Shown piece by piece: positions 1 through 9,695 of a DNA stretch of 64,000 nt. Made by a program: the position numbers and the translations under genes. The stretch lies in contig JBQLZK010000001.1 in the NCBI GenBank assembly GCA_052168235.1, positions 224,001 to 288,000 on the forward strand, written 5' to 3'. Position 1 is the first letter of the stretch; each line of letters opens with the position of its first letter. This stretch comes from Thainema sp. Lineage in GTDB: Bacteria; Cyanobacteriota; Cyanobacteriia; Phormidesmidales; Phormidesmidaceae. The notes beneath the pieces were generated by a model. It ran no database searches. It was not told the origin of the DNA and saw only the letters and a program-made list of their open reading frames with translations.

Positions 1-1
1 G

Positions 2-172
2 AAACGAGCCATTCCCAGAATTCTGAACAGCCTCATGCAAACGATTGTGCAGTGTTTTCGCCAGTTTCTTTGGATCGCCACTCGCCAAATGCAAGGCTTA
101 GACTATCAATGGCAAACACTAGACGCGATTCGTCCTGACTCGAATCTATGGTCGGTTCGTTCAGAGGGGTAA
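2..172 (+). CDS. Possible 3' end of an upstream CDS (partial, hypothetical)
   Basis: Frame 2 is open from the window edge to TAA 170-172 (KRAIPRILNSLMQ...SVRSEG); no family recognised. Confidence 0.3.
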   Translation, partial: KRAIPRILNSLMQTIVQCFRQFLWIATRQMQGLDYQWQTLDAIRPDSNLWSVRSEG

Positions 173-518
173 CGAGACCTAACGCTCCTGAGTTAGATTC
201 AATACCTTGCCCTTAACCTCACTTCTAGTTCTTCAACGCAGGCACAGGACAAACGATTAGTTGAATGCGATGGGTGATAATACTCGAAATGGGCATTGTG
301 CAACCGTTAACGGTACTACAGTGCTCATTTTGTTTTTTGGGTCACTGGTGATGATGTGATGAAAAAGAGCTGTAAATAGAGCTCGTATAACCCGTCTTAC
401 ACGAAGGTTATGATGGCAAATTCGCAATCTCCTGTTTGATCATGCGAAAATGAGAGATAAACTTTGAGAGCTTGTGCTCATCCAAAATGTCGTTTTGCAG
501 CGTTACTAACAGCTCACA

Positions 519-2543
519 GTGATTGCGATCCTCGCGAAAATCAGAGAAGAAATTGCCCAGTGGTGGTCTGATTTCACCCTCCAAACTCGCTTAATGGCAG
601 CGGCGACTCTCGTCGTTTCCTTGCTGATGAGCGGCTTAACGTTTTGGGCCGTTAATACCATTCAGCAAGATGCTCGGTTGAATGACACCCGTTTTGGTCG
701 TGACTTAGGGTTACTCTTGGCCGCCAATGTTGCTCCCCTCGTTCAAGCCAACGATCGCACTGAACTGGCGCAGTTTTCCCATCGGTTTTACAGCAGCACA
801 ACCAGTATTCGCTACATGCTCTATGCCGATGGTGATGGCGATATCTTCTTTGGCATTCCCTTTTCTGAATATGAGGTGCAGAACTCGCTCACGCTTCAGC
901 GACGGATGCAGCTCCCCGATGATTATTCCAAAAACCTAGAGCGTCCTACAGTTCGGCAGCATCTCACGCCGGACGGGGAAGTGACCGATGTATTTGTGCC
1001 GCTGATGGATGGTGATAGCTATCTGGGAGTGCTGGCGCTTGGGATTAATCCAAACCCAACCGTCGTCACCTCGTCGCATCTCACCCGCAACGTTACGATC
1101 GCAGTTTTTGTTTCCATCTGGGTGATGGTAATTTTGGGTGCCGTTTTCAATGCTCTCACCATTACTAAGCCCATTAAGGAACTCCTGACTGGCGTGAAAA
1201 ACATTGCGGCTGGTAACTTCAAACAGCGGATCAACTTGCCGCTGGGGGGGGAGCTAGGGGAGCTGATCCACAGCTTCAACGAAATGGCAGAGCGGTTAGA
1301 ACGTTATGAAGAGCAAAATATCGAAGAACTGACTGCCGAAAAAGCCAAGCTAGAGACGCTGGTATCTACGATCGCCGATGGGGCAGTGCTGTTAGATTCG
1401 GACATGAATGTAGTGCTGGTGAATCCCACGGCCCATCGCATCTTAGGCTGGGATGACAAAGATGCCGTCATCAGCGACAACGTGCTGTACCATCTACCAG
1501 CTCCGCTCCAGGCCGAAATCACCCGACCGCTCTACCAGGTTGCTGCTGGTGAAATAGACGGCTCAGAATTTCGGATTACCCTCAGCGAACCAACTCAGCG
1601 GACAGTGCGCATTCTGCTGACCACGGTACTCGATCAGCATCGCGAAAATGTGAAAGGCATCGCGATTACCATTCAGGACATTACCCGTGAAGTGGAGCTA
1701 AACGAGGCAAAGAGCCAGTTTATCAGCAATGTTTCCCACGAATTAAGAACACCCCTATTCAACATCAAGTCGTTTATTGAAACGCTGCATGAATACGGCG
1801 AAGATCTCTCGGAAGATGAGCGACGAGAATTTCTAGACACGGCAAATCGCGAAACCGACCGTCTAACCCGCTTAGTGAATGACGTACTCGACTTATCTCG
1901 GCTGGAGTCGAACAAGCGCTATCAGTTCGAAGCAGTTGAAATCATTCAGCCCATTGAGCAAACGCTGCGTACCTATCAATTAAACGCCCGCGACAAAGGA
2001 ATTGAGCTTAGGCAAGAGGTCGAACCTAATTTACCGCTGGTTCTGGGTAACTACGACCTGCTGCTTCAGGTGTTTGCCAATTTAGTCGGTAACGCTCTCA
2101 AGTTCACGCCATCCGGGGGACGCGTGATGATCCGAGCCTACACGCTGCAACCGGAGGCTCATCTGCATCAGTTACCTGAGCGGGTGCGGGTCGAGATTTC
2201 TGATACTGGAATTGGCATTGATGCCGAAGACCAAGAAGCGATTTTTGACCGCTTCTTCCGAGTTGAAAACCGTGTACACACGTTAGAGGGAACAGGTCTA
2301 GGACTATCCATTGTGCGCAACATTATCGAAAAGCATCACAGCCGCGTGCATTTAGTCAGTGAAGTGGGCGTTGGTACCACATTCTGGTTTGATCTGGTGG
2401 TTTATCAGGACGAAGTGCTTACTCATATTGAAAACTCATCGCTGATGGCAAAGGCTGAAGACGATAGCACAGTGATACAAGCCGAAGCGGTTGAAGCCAG
2501 CATAGAGGTCGTCCTGCCTGGACGATCTGATCCAGCGAGTTAG
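519..2543 (+). CDS. nblS: Sensor histidine kinase NblS/Hik33/DspA (TM-HAMP-PAS-HisKA-HATPase)
   Basis: N-terminus WWSDFTLQTRLMAAATLVVSLLMSGLTFWAVN typical of Hik33; H-box VSHELRTPL; G-boxes DTGIG and GTGLGL. Confidence 0.93.
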   Translation: MIAILAKIREEIAQWWSDFTLQTRLMAAATLVVSLLMSGLTFWAVNTIQQDARLNDTRFGRDLGLLLAANVAPLVQANDRTELAQFSHRFYSSTTSIRYMLYADGDGDIFFGIPFSEYEVQNSLTLQRRMQLPDDYSKNLERPTVRQHLTPDGEVTDVFVPLMDGDSYLGVLALGINPNPTVVTSSHLTRNVTIAVFVSIWVMVILGAVFNALTITKPIKELLTGVKNIAAGNFKQRINLPLGGELGELIHSFNEMAERLERYEEQNIEELTAEKAKLETLVSTIADGAVLLDSDMNVVLVNPTAHRILGWDDKDAVISDNVLYHLPAPLQAEITRPLYQVAAGEIDGSEFRITLSEPTQRTVRILLTTVLDQHRENVKGIAITIQDITREVELNEAKSQFISNVSHELRTPLFNIKSFIETLHEYGEDLSEDERREFLDTANRETDRLTRLVNDVLDLSRLESNKRYQFEAVEIIQPIEQTLRTYQLNARDKGIELRQEVEPNLPLVLGNYDLLLQVFANLVGNALKFTPSGGRVMIRAYTLQPEAHLHQLPERVRVEISDTGIGIDAEDQEAIFDRFFRVENRVHTLEGTGLGLSIVRNIIEKHHSRVHLVSEVGVGTTFWFDLVVYQDEVLTHIENSSLMAKAEDDSTVIQAEAVEASIEVVLPGRSDPAS

Positions 2544-2555
2544 TTAACACGGCAA

Positions 2556-2601
2556 AAGGCGAAGGAAAAGGCTCAACATGAGCTACTTTTACCTTCGCCT
2601 T
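2556..2601. terminator. Hairpin between convergent genes, probable terminator
   Basis: AAGGCGAAGG...CCTTCGCCTT inverted repeat just after the nblS stop. Confidence 0.6.
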
Positions 2602-2709
2602 ACAACCTGTAAACTGCGATCGCATTACTCAACACGATGCAGTGAGTTAGCTTAGCCGGACTGGAATAATGTTCAGAAAATTTGGATTTTCTGAGTGAAT
2701 CATGATTGC

Positions 2710-2889
2710 TTAATCATCGTCGTTAGAGTTATCGGACATTTCCTGATCCGAATTGCTATCCTCACTCTTCGAGTTATTACCGTAGTTGCCGCGACGATTG
2801 AAGCGTCCAGTGCTGCGCTTACGGAACTTGCGGGCGTATGCTTGATTTCGGAGCGCTTTCTCCTTCTTTAAATTGCGGCGCTTTGCCAT
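2710..2889 (-). CDS. Small conserved cyanobacterial protein (basic N-terminus, acidic tail)
   Basis: MAKRRNLKKEKALRNQAYARKFRKR; ATG at 2889 preceded by GAGGT. Confidence 0.75.
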   Translation of the reverse strand: MAKRRNLKKEKALRNQAYARKFRKRSTGRFNRRGNYGNNSKSEDSNSDQEMSDNSNDDD

Positions 2890-3026
2890 GCTGTACCTCA
2901 ATTAGGGCAGTTGTTGGAGTGAAACAAATATGCCCACTGCCAATGCACTGAGCGGCAGAAGCCAAAAGCTCAGCTAAAGTAATGTAGCATACTTATTTCA
3001 CCAAACGCTTTAAATATAACAACCGA

Positions 3027-4400
3027 TTAGAGCTTGCGTCTGGCAAATTCAGACATTTCCTTCAGATGACCCATTTTGCCGTTAGCAGAATTTGAATAAT
3101 CCAGACTACCTAAGGCTTCCGGCTGATCTAAGTTTGCGACATAGGTTTGAATCCACACTTTCGCTTCTGGGGCGGTTCGGACTTTTCCTTCGGCGCGAGC
3201 AATTTGGATTGCCTCTAGCAGTTGACCAATTTGCGGTCCCGGCGCGATATCCAGTGTCGCCATCAGTTCACGTCCGGTGATCAACGGCGAGGGATGAGCT
3301 ACCGGATCATCAGACTGTAGAAAACGCTGAATCAGCGGCAGCATGCGGTCGAGATCAACCCCATAAGCCACGCACAGTAGCGCGATCGCGGGGAAAATTC
3401 CGCCAACAGCTTGGAAGAAGTCATACTGCTGCCGTAGATTCATCGGTTGAGCCAGTTGCTCCATCACCCAGGGCAAATCACGAATGACTGCGATCGCAGA
3501 TTGAATTTCGGCGCGACTGTACTTCAAGCACCAGAGCTGCTGTTCGGCTTGATCCGCGTCGGCAGGCAAAAGTTGGGATAATTTAGCTAAGCGTAGCCAG
3601 CTCCGTCGCGTTGTTGTGACGTTAGCCGATGAACGAATCCAGCCGGAAACATGCGCCTCAAATTCAGGGCATGCATGAACAATTGCGATCGCAGCTTGAT
3701 CTAACTGCTTGAGGCGCTGCAGTCCCGTTTCGGTCATGTCCGGTAACCACGCCTGAAATAGTCCGTTTTTCCAGGCTCGAATTAGCTCGCGCGTGCCTTC
3801 CGGTTTACCCAGCAGATAGTTCAGTTCACCCTGCACTCGCTCGGCAGCAACCTGCTCCAGTAGCGGTGCAAACTGGCGAATATACAACTCCGTTTCCGAC
3901 TCAATCCGGAAGCCAAGCTGCGCGGCTTGCCGATAGGCTCTCAGCAACCGCAGAGGGTCATCTTTGAGATTTTCAGCAGCCACCATGCGAATCTGTCGCC
4001 GCTGCAGATCTTCACAGCCCTGGAGCGGATCAAGTAGTTCGCGGGTGTGGGGACTAAATGCGATCGCATTTACCGTAAAATCGCGCCGGTGCAAATCGAC
4101 GTACAGACTGGGGCCAACCTGCTGCGCAAAGTCCACGGTGGCCTGTTCAAACACCACCCGCGCAATCTGATGCTCCGGATCGAGCAGCACGAAACCTGCC
4201 TGATAGTGATTGGCAATTTGCTTGGCCACCTGTACCGCTCCCTGAGCCAGCACAAAGTCTAAATCCAGATAGTCGGCTTGCCTGCCTAGAAGGGCATCAC
4301 GGACACTGCCACCCACAAGGTAGGTCGATCTAGGCAGTAAGCAACAGTCAAACGGCCAGGTTTCAGGCGATAAGGTTGGAGAATTTAAAAAACGTGCCAA
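3027..4400 (-). CDS. tRNA nucleotidyltransferase (class II; probably CC-adding type)
   Basis: Motifs VGGSVRD, DLD, RRDFTVNAIA, DDPLRLLRAYR, ERV; short segment before RRDF. Confidence 0.85.
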   Translation of the reverse strand: MARFLNSPTLSPETWPFDCCLLPRSTYLVGGSVRDALLGRQADYLDLDFVLAQGAVQVAKQIANHYQAGFVLLDPEHQIARVVFEQATVDFAQQVGPSLYVDLHRRDFTVNAIAFSPHTRELLDPLQGCEDLQRRQIRMVAAENLKDDPLRLLRAYRQAAQLGFRIESETELYIRQFAPLLEQVAAERVQGELNYLLGKPEGTRELIRAWKNGLFQAWLPDMTETGLQRLKQLDQAAIAIVHACPEFEAHVSGWIRSSANVTTTRRSWLRLAKLSQLLPADADQAEQQLWCLKYSRAEIQSAIAVIRDLPWVMEQLAQPMNLRQQYDFFQAVGGIFPAIALLCVAYGVDLDRMLPLIQRFLQSDDPVAHPSPLITGRELMATLDIAPGPQIGQLLEAIQIARAEGKVRTAPEAKVWIQTYVANLDQPEALGSLDYSNSANGKMGHLKEMSEFARRKL

Positions 4401-4546
4401 GAGATAAGAGTAGAAATTGAACGGATAGCTGACTCGCGCCGCATCTTTTCATTTTGCAACATCAGTCAGCAGGCGCAAGAGTTTTTCGAGGTAGTTACGT
4501 TAAAGTAGCAGAAATGGTGACTGCTGCCGAGCGCAAGGAACGGCCT

Positions 4547-4795
4547 ATGTGTATCTGTGTCAACTGCCACTACGTTGACCGCTGTACAACTTATCATGCG
4601 GTTGAAGAACAGCATCAGCAACCTCATTTAACTGAAACTCCTGACTTTGAAGCGGTTGAACCCAGTATTAACGTTAACATTCGTAATACTGAAGACGAAA
4701 TTCAAATGGAGTGGGATGTTGTCGGCTGCCTCAGCTTTAAAGAAGAAGCGGGCAAATGGGCAAAGCTGCGCCCAGGTGAACTGGTGCCGACTTAG
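4547..4795 (+). CDS. ycf34: Ycf34 family Fe-S protein
   Basis: MCICVNCHYVDRCTTYHAVE...EWDVVGC signature; start moved to ATG 4547. Confidence 0.9.
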   Translation: MCICVNCHYVDRCTTYHAVEEQHQQPHLTETPDFEAVEPSINVNIRNTEDEIQMEWDVVGCLSFKEEAGKWAKLRPGELVPT

Positions 4796-4822
4796 GAGCG
4801 CGCATTGAATGAAATTCCTGGA

Positions 4823-4849
4823 TAGGGGCACGGCATTGCCGTGCCCCTA
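4823..4849. repeat. REP-like palindrome
   Basis: TAGGGGCACGGCA-T-TGCCGTGCCCCTA; a degenerate partial duplicate follows near 4903-4935. Confidence 0.7.
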
Positions 4850-5015
4850 CAGGTGGAACGCTTTATAGGTGATTAGATCCTTAATTGTTGATGCATAACA
4901 ATGCCATGCACCCTACAAGTGGAACGTTTCACAGGAATAAATCCACAATCCAAAAACACAATCCTTGATGGGCCTGCATACTTGCATGACTTTTGCACGA
5001 CTGATGGCATAACCG

Positions 5016-7121
5016 ATGAGCTATTGCCTCAATTCCAACTGTCCTCAACCGCAGAATCCTGACCAAGCCACGGTTTGTCAGACCTGCGGTTTTAGTTTGC
5101 GGCTGGCCAATCGTTATCGTCCGTTAAAGTTCATTGCCCAAGGCGGATTTGGCCGCACCTTGCTAGCAAAGGATGAGCAACAGCAACAACTTTGCATCAT
5201 CAAGCAATTTTTTTTATCAGAGTCAAACGCGCGATTCTCTGCGAGACAGCAAAACCGAATACAATCTTCCCCCCCTCAACCTTCAGCCTCATCTCCAAAA
5301 TCCTCCAGCCCCTCACTCCCTCACTCCCTCACTCCCTCACTCCAAACAACCGCCGCCCAACAGTTCCGCCAAGAAGCCCAGCGACTGCAAGACCTCGGCC
5401 AGCATCCCCAAATTCCCTCCTTCATTGACTACATCGACCGGGAAGACGGGCAATATTTAATTCAAGCCTTTATCGACGGCTCTACCCTCACTCAGTTAGT
5501 TGCAAAGAACGGCGTCTGGTCAGAACTGCAAGTGCGATCGCTACTTAACGATCTCTTGCCAGTTTTAGACTTCATGCACCAGGCGCAGGTAATTCACCGC
5601 GACATTAAGCCGGACAATATTATTTATCCTTCCGCGACGAGCAAGCCCGTTCTGGTAGACTTTGGAGCGGCCAAACTTGCGACGGTGACGGCGCTCCAAC
5701 AAACAGGCACCGTCATCGGCAGCGCAGGCTATGCAGCACCCGAACAAACGATGGGCAAGGCGATCTTTGCCAGCGATATTTATGGGCTAGGCGTCACGTG
5801 TCTATATTTACTGACCGGAGAACATCCGTTTGAGCTGTATTCCGTGGCAGAAGATCGCTGGGTGTGGACGCCTTACGTGCAGCCGCCAGTCAGTTCGCGA
5901 CTGACTTACGTGCTAAATAAAATGACCCGCCGCTCGGTGCAGCAGCGCTATCAGTCGGTGGCGGAGGTGCTGGCTGATTTGAATGCGCCGATGAAACTGA
6001 GATCGCAGTCTCAAATCCGCTGGCCCAGTCCCAGCAAACTATTGCGGAATCGAAATTCTGTACCAGATTCTGCTACTGAATTTGCTGAATCCATCACAAC
6101 GCTAGCTAATAATCCGGCATCTGAACCCACCACAACGCCTCAAGCTCCGCCCCAAAATTGGATCTGTTGGCAAACGCTGACGCAGAATACGCAGGGGATT
6201 ACCACCCTCGCGGTCAGCCCTGACGGCTATACGCTGGTTGTAGGCCACACCAACGGCACGCTGCGGATTTGGGATTTGAAAGCGGGACTGCTGGCGCATA
6301 CGTTTTCGCGTCCAATCCTGGGTCTGGGCAGCGGCCATCGCGATCGCATTACGGGCTTATCCTTTGATCAAACCGGAAACTTGCTGGCCAGCAGCAGCAC
6401 GGACGGCAGCATCAAGCTGTGGGATATGCGCCACTGGCAGCAAATGGCCAGCTATGCCGGAGATAACTGGGGTACAACTGCGATCGCACTTAGCGGCGAC
6501 AGCACTCGATTGGTCAGCGGCAATTCCACTGGGGAGGTTCGAGTCTTCAATTTGACAGCTTTCAATTTGACAGCCGCGAAACGCACCTCAGCGAAATCTC
6601 AACCCGATGCAATACTATCGGTACAGCGCGATCGGATTGTGGCACTGGCCCTCAATCCAACAGGTACACGTCTGATTGCTGCCAGCCGTAACGGCACGGT
6701 TACGATTTGGGATTTGGAACAGCAGTGCCCCCTCCATCAGCCCACGGCCCACGCGGACGCCATCACCGATATAGCCGTCGATCCAAACTGGCGTATTCTG
6801 GTGACGGGCAGTTGCGATCGCACCGTTAAGCTTTGGGATTTATCCACGGGTCATCTGCGGCACACCCTGGTCAAGCATCGCGACGGCATTACCGCTGTGG
6901 CGATTAGTGCCGATGCCCGCACGGTCGCCACAGGTAGCCAAGACAATCAAATTCTGCTCTGGGACAGCGCCTCCGGCAGTGTAGTCACCCAGCTAAACCA
7001 TACCTGGGCCATTTGCTCACTCAGCTTTGCCCCCAATTCCACCACGCTCGTCAGCGCTAGCCAAGATGAAACGATCAAAATTTGGCGTAAGCAAGAATAT
7101 AGCAGTAGTCACATTGGTTAA
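5016..7121 (+). CDS. Ser/Thr protein kinase with N-terminal 4-Cys prefix and C-terminal WD40 repeats
   Basis: MSYCLNSNCPQPQN, GGFGRT, IHRDIKPDN, DFG, GYAAPEQ; repeated ...IKLWD WD40 units. Confidence 0.92.
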   Translation: MSYCLNSNCPQPQNPDQATVCQTCGFSLRLANRYRPLKFIAQGGFGRTLLAKDEQQQQLCIIKQFFLSESNARFSARQQNRIQSSPPQPSASSPKSSSPSLPHSLTPSLQTTAAQQFRQEAQRLQDLGQHPQIPSFIDYIDREDGQYLIQAFIDGSTLTQLVAKNGVWSELQVRSLLNDLLPVLDFMHQAQVIHRDIKPDNIIYPSATSKPVLVDFGAAKLATVTALQQTGTVIGSAGYAAPEQTMGKAIFASDIYGLGVTCLYLLTGEHPFELYSVAEDRWVWTPYVQPPVSSRLTYVLNKMTRRSVQQRYQSVAEVLADLNAPMKLRSQSQIRWPSPSKLLRNRNSVPDSATEFAESITTLANNPASEPTTTPQAPPQNWICWQTLTQNTQGITTLAVSPDGYTLVVGHTNGTLRIWDLKAGLLAHTFSRPILGLGSGHRDRITGLSFDQTGNLLASSSTDGSIKLWDMRHWQQMASYAGDNWGTTAIALSGDSTRLVSGNSTGEVRVFNLTAFNLTAAKRTSAKSQPDAILSVQRDRIVALALNPTGTRLIAASRNGTVTIWDLEQQCPLHQPTAHADAITDIAVDPNWRILVTGSCDRTVKLWDLSTGHLRHTLVKHRDGITAVAISADARTVATGSQDNQILLWDSASGSVVTQLNHTWAICSLSFAPNSTTLVSASQDETIKIWRKQEYSSSHIG
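5311..5342 (+). repeat. Tandem octamer (CCTCACTC)x4 inside the kinase gene
   Basis: Four perfect copies read directly from the sequence. Confidence 0.9.
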
Positions 7122-7145
7122 AACGCTGGGAAACTCTGAAAACGT

Positions 7146-7326
7146 TAAGTAGCTACATACAAACAAATGCGCATCTTATAGTGATTCCAGTTAAAAGTGA
7201 GAAAAAGAGAGAGGAGAGTGCCTCAGGATGAGGCACTCTCCTCTCTCTTTTTTATCTAGAACCGCTATAAAAAACCGGGGGGAAGTCCCGGTTTTTTAGA
7301 TGTGCTGATTTGTGCCAACCTACTTA
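7146..7326. mobile_element. TAAGTAG...CTACTTA-ended hairpin element (family D) carrying a nested family-A element
   Basis: Terminal inverted motifs TAAGTAG/CTACTTA; inner stem GCGCATCT-AAAAAACCGG...CCGGTTTTTT-AGATGTGC is interrupted by 7177-7268. Confidence 0.6.
7177..7269 (+). mobile_element. 93-bp TATAG...CTATA hairpin mini-element, family A copy 1
   Basis: Near-identical reverse-complement copy at 10940-11032; central stem GAGAGAGGAGAGTGCCTCA/TGAGGCACTCTCCTCTCTC. Confidence 0.75.
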
Positions 7327-7352
7327 GCCAATAAAAATTTGTCAGAAGAAGA

Positions 7353-7676
7353 TTAATCCCACACTTGGATTACATCACCATTGGGTCGAGTAATGGTGTA
7401 TGCCTCAAAATCCCCTTCATCATAAATACCTGTAACCGTGATCGATTCTCCCTCAGCTAAATTGGCACGACGTAGAGGGCGATCTTCTGCTTCAACTAAA
7501 ACTTGACCGCTATTTGTTTGCAGCAAAAATTCATCATCGCTGATGCCAATAATCTCACCTGAAATCTCCTGGCTGGCCAACCGACCACTATTAATTTGAG
7601 TTTGTGCCATGACCGGAATTGCTACTCCTAAACCAGCGGCAATCGCAGTCCCTAGCAGAATCGTTGATCGTTTCAT
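7353..7676 (-). CDS. Secreted OB-fold protein (YgiW/YdeI-like)
   Basis: Signal peptide; ISGEIIGISDDEFLLQTNSGQVLVE...ITVTG..D.GDFEA OB-fold pattern. Confidence 0.72.
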   Translation of the reverse strand: MKRSTILLGTAIAAGLGVAIPVMAQTQINSGRLASQEISGEIIGISDDEFLLQTNSGQVLVEAEDRPLRRANLAEGESITVTGIYDEGDFEAYTITRPNGDVIQVWD

Positions 7677-7756
7677 ATTGATTTTCCTCCGTTTGTTCAG
7701 GCAACAAATCGCTGAATAACCGCTAATTTTGCTGCTCTAGCTTTAGTTTGAAGGAT

Positions 7757-7777
7757 AAAGTTTACGCCAAGTTTTCA
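7757..7777 (-). promoter_or_regulatory. Putative OmpR-type direct-repeat binding site, copy 1
   Basis: Minus strand TGAAAACTTGG-CGTAAACTTT; near-identical to 9635-9654. Confidence 0.5.
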
Positions 7778-7821
7778 TGTCTTTTTAGAGGATGGCAAAA
7801 TGCTCAGCACCGAATCTGAAA

Positions 7822-9144
7822 TTAATCATGCAGCGGCAGTGTGACTCGCACAGTTGTACCCTGATCAAGCTGACTGGACACCGCAATCTGTCCGTGATGG
7901 GCATGGATAATTTGCTCAACAATGGCTAAGCCTAAGCCAAAGCCGCCTGTGCGCCGCGATCGCGCTTTGTCTACTCGATAAAATCGTTCAAAAATATGCG
8001 GTAGCTGATCCGCATCGATGCCCATACCCGTGTCTTTTACCTGAATCACAGCAGTCCGATCCTGCCGCTGAGCGGATAGGTGAATACCGCCGGAAGCCGT
8101 ATATTGAATTGCATTGCTGAGCAAATTTGCGATCGCACGCTGCAAAAGGTCTGACTGCGCCTGAACATACAGCGGCGGTTCTGGTAGCGTCACAGCCCAG
8201 TCTAAGCTGCGATCGCGGGCTTGTTCGCGATAGTCTGCGGCTAAGTGCTGCAAGATTTGGATCAAGTCAACCGAGTGCAGGTGATCCGGGGAAAGCTTAC
8301 CTTCACTGCGGGCCAGCAGCAGCAAATCTCCCACCAGCTTCGCCATCGATTCGGCTCCCTGGATGATCTTCTCCAGCCGCAGCTTCTGCTCATCGGGATT
8401 GGCGAGATCCATCAGGCCAACCTGAGCATGATTAATAATCGCTGCCAGCGGCGTCCGTAATTCGTGCGAGGCATCACCCGTAAACTGTTGTAGCTGGTCA
8501 TAGGATTGGCGAATCGGCTGCATGGCCAAACCGCCTAGCATCCAGCCAATCCAGGTTACTAAGCCCAGTGTGACCACAACGGCAATTACCAAAACCAGAC
8601 GTAATTCCCAAAGGTCGGCTTCGATGGCCGTCAGTGGCGCAGCCACCTGCAAATAGCCAATCAAAACGTGATCTTCAAAAACGGGCAGGGTCAACTGCCG
8701 CAGCCGAGCGGGTCTATCCTGAGACGAGTTAATCTGAGCAGGTGCAGCTTGAAAGGGAGGGATTTGAGCAGGTGCGATCGCACGATGCTTAATCGTGGCA
8801 AATCCAAATCCATCTTCGATGCGCTCCGGTGGAATCGGCCCATAGAACTGGATCAGCTCCTGATCGGGGCCATACCAGCGGGCATAGACCAGCACCGTCG
8901 GAAACGGGAGCGCCTCTTCCCCCAAAATCGGCACGTCTTCCAAATCTACCCGCTGCCGATCTTGATAGCTGCCATCCTCAACCGCTGCGGCCATCAGTTG
9001 ACAGATCTCATAGAGTCGCTGGTCTAAAACCTGCCGCTGATCCTGCGCCTCCACGACGTAAATCACACCCGCAAAGCCGATTAGCACACTGCCCATCGAC
9101 ACCGTAAACCAACTGGCTAAATTTTCACGGCTTCGACGAAACAT
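7822..9144 (-). CDS. Two-component sensor histidine kinase (RppB/NrsS-like)
   Basis: Two TM segments, DASHELRTPL, NAIQYT, DTGMG, GGFGLGL. Confidence 0.92.
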   Translation of the reverse strand: MFRRSRENLASWFTVSMGSVLIGFAGVIYVVEAQDQRQVLDQRLYEICQLMAAAVEDGSYQDRQRVDLEDVPILGEEALPFPTVLVYARWYGPDQELIQFYGPIPPERIEDGFGFATIKHRAIAPAQIPPFQAAPAQINSSQDRPARLRQLTLPVFEDHVLIGYLQVAAPLTAIEADLWELRLVLVIAVVVTLGLVTWIGWMLGGLAMQPIRQSYDQLQQFTGDASHELRTPLAAIINHAQVGLMDLANPDEQKLRLEKIIQGAESMAKLVGDLLLLARSEGKLSPDHLHSVDLIQILQHLAADYREQARDRSLDWAVTLPEPPLYVQAQSDLLQRAIANLLSNAIQYTASGGIHLSAQRQDRTAVIQVKDTGMGIDADQLPHIFERFYRVDKARSRRTGGFGLGLAIVEQIIHAHHGQIAVSSQLDQGTTVRVTLPLHD

Positions 9145-9181
9145 ATTCGATGGCCCATATTCATAGCCCTCAGAGGCTCGA

Positions 9182-9535
9182 TCATATCAGTGCTTCAACT
9201 CGGTGTAGCAAATCCTGAAAGCGAAACGGTTTCATTAAGTAGTCACTCGCACCATAGCGATCGCTGAGCCGTCGATAATTTGGATCATCATAGGCAGTAA
9301 GAATCACAATTGGCTGGTTTAATCCCGCCTCTCGCATCTCTTTCAACAGCGACAAGCCGTCCTGATGTGGCAGACCCAAATCCAGCAAAATCAGGTCAAA
9401 CGTTTCTTGACAGGAGAGATGCCACGCCTCACAGCCATCCTGCGCAATGGTGATACAGTGCCCGTTTTGCCGTAACCCTTTGGCAATAAACGTGGCAATC
9501 CGAGGCTCATCTTCAATGATCAAGATTTGGCTCAT
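9182..9535 (-). CDS. Single-domain response regulator
   Basis: MSQILIIEDE...DLILLDLGLP...DYLMKPF; no output domain. Confidence 0.88.
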   Translation of the reverse strand: MSQILIIEDEPRIATFIAKGLRQNGHCITIAQDGCEAWHLSCQETFDLILLDLGLPHQDGLSLLKEMREAGLNQPIVILTAYDDPNYRRLSDRYGASDYLMKPFRFQDLLHRVEALI

Positions 9536-9634
9536 AGCAGATCTCCACTGCAATCGCTTGCGATCGCAAATGACGTTGCATGGTTTGTTGCATGGTTTAC
9601 TGATACAGCGGTTCAGCTCTCATCATGAATCATC

Positions 9635-9654
9635 AAAGTTACACCAAGTTTTCA
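9635..9654 (-). promoter_or_regulatory. Putative OmpR-type direct-repeat binding site, copy 2
   Basis: Minus strand TGAAAACTTGG-TGTAACTTT, upstream of the receiver-kinase genes. Confidence 0.5.
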
Positions 9655-9695
9655 GCCCTGCATCTTAAATTCGTGTCGGTGAAGTTTATATCCAA

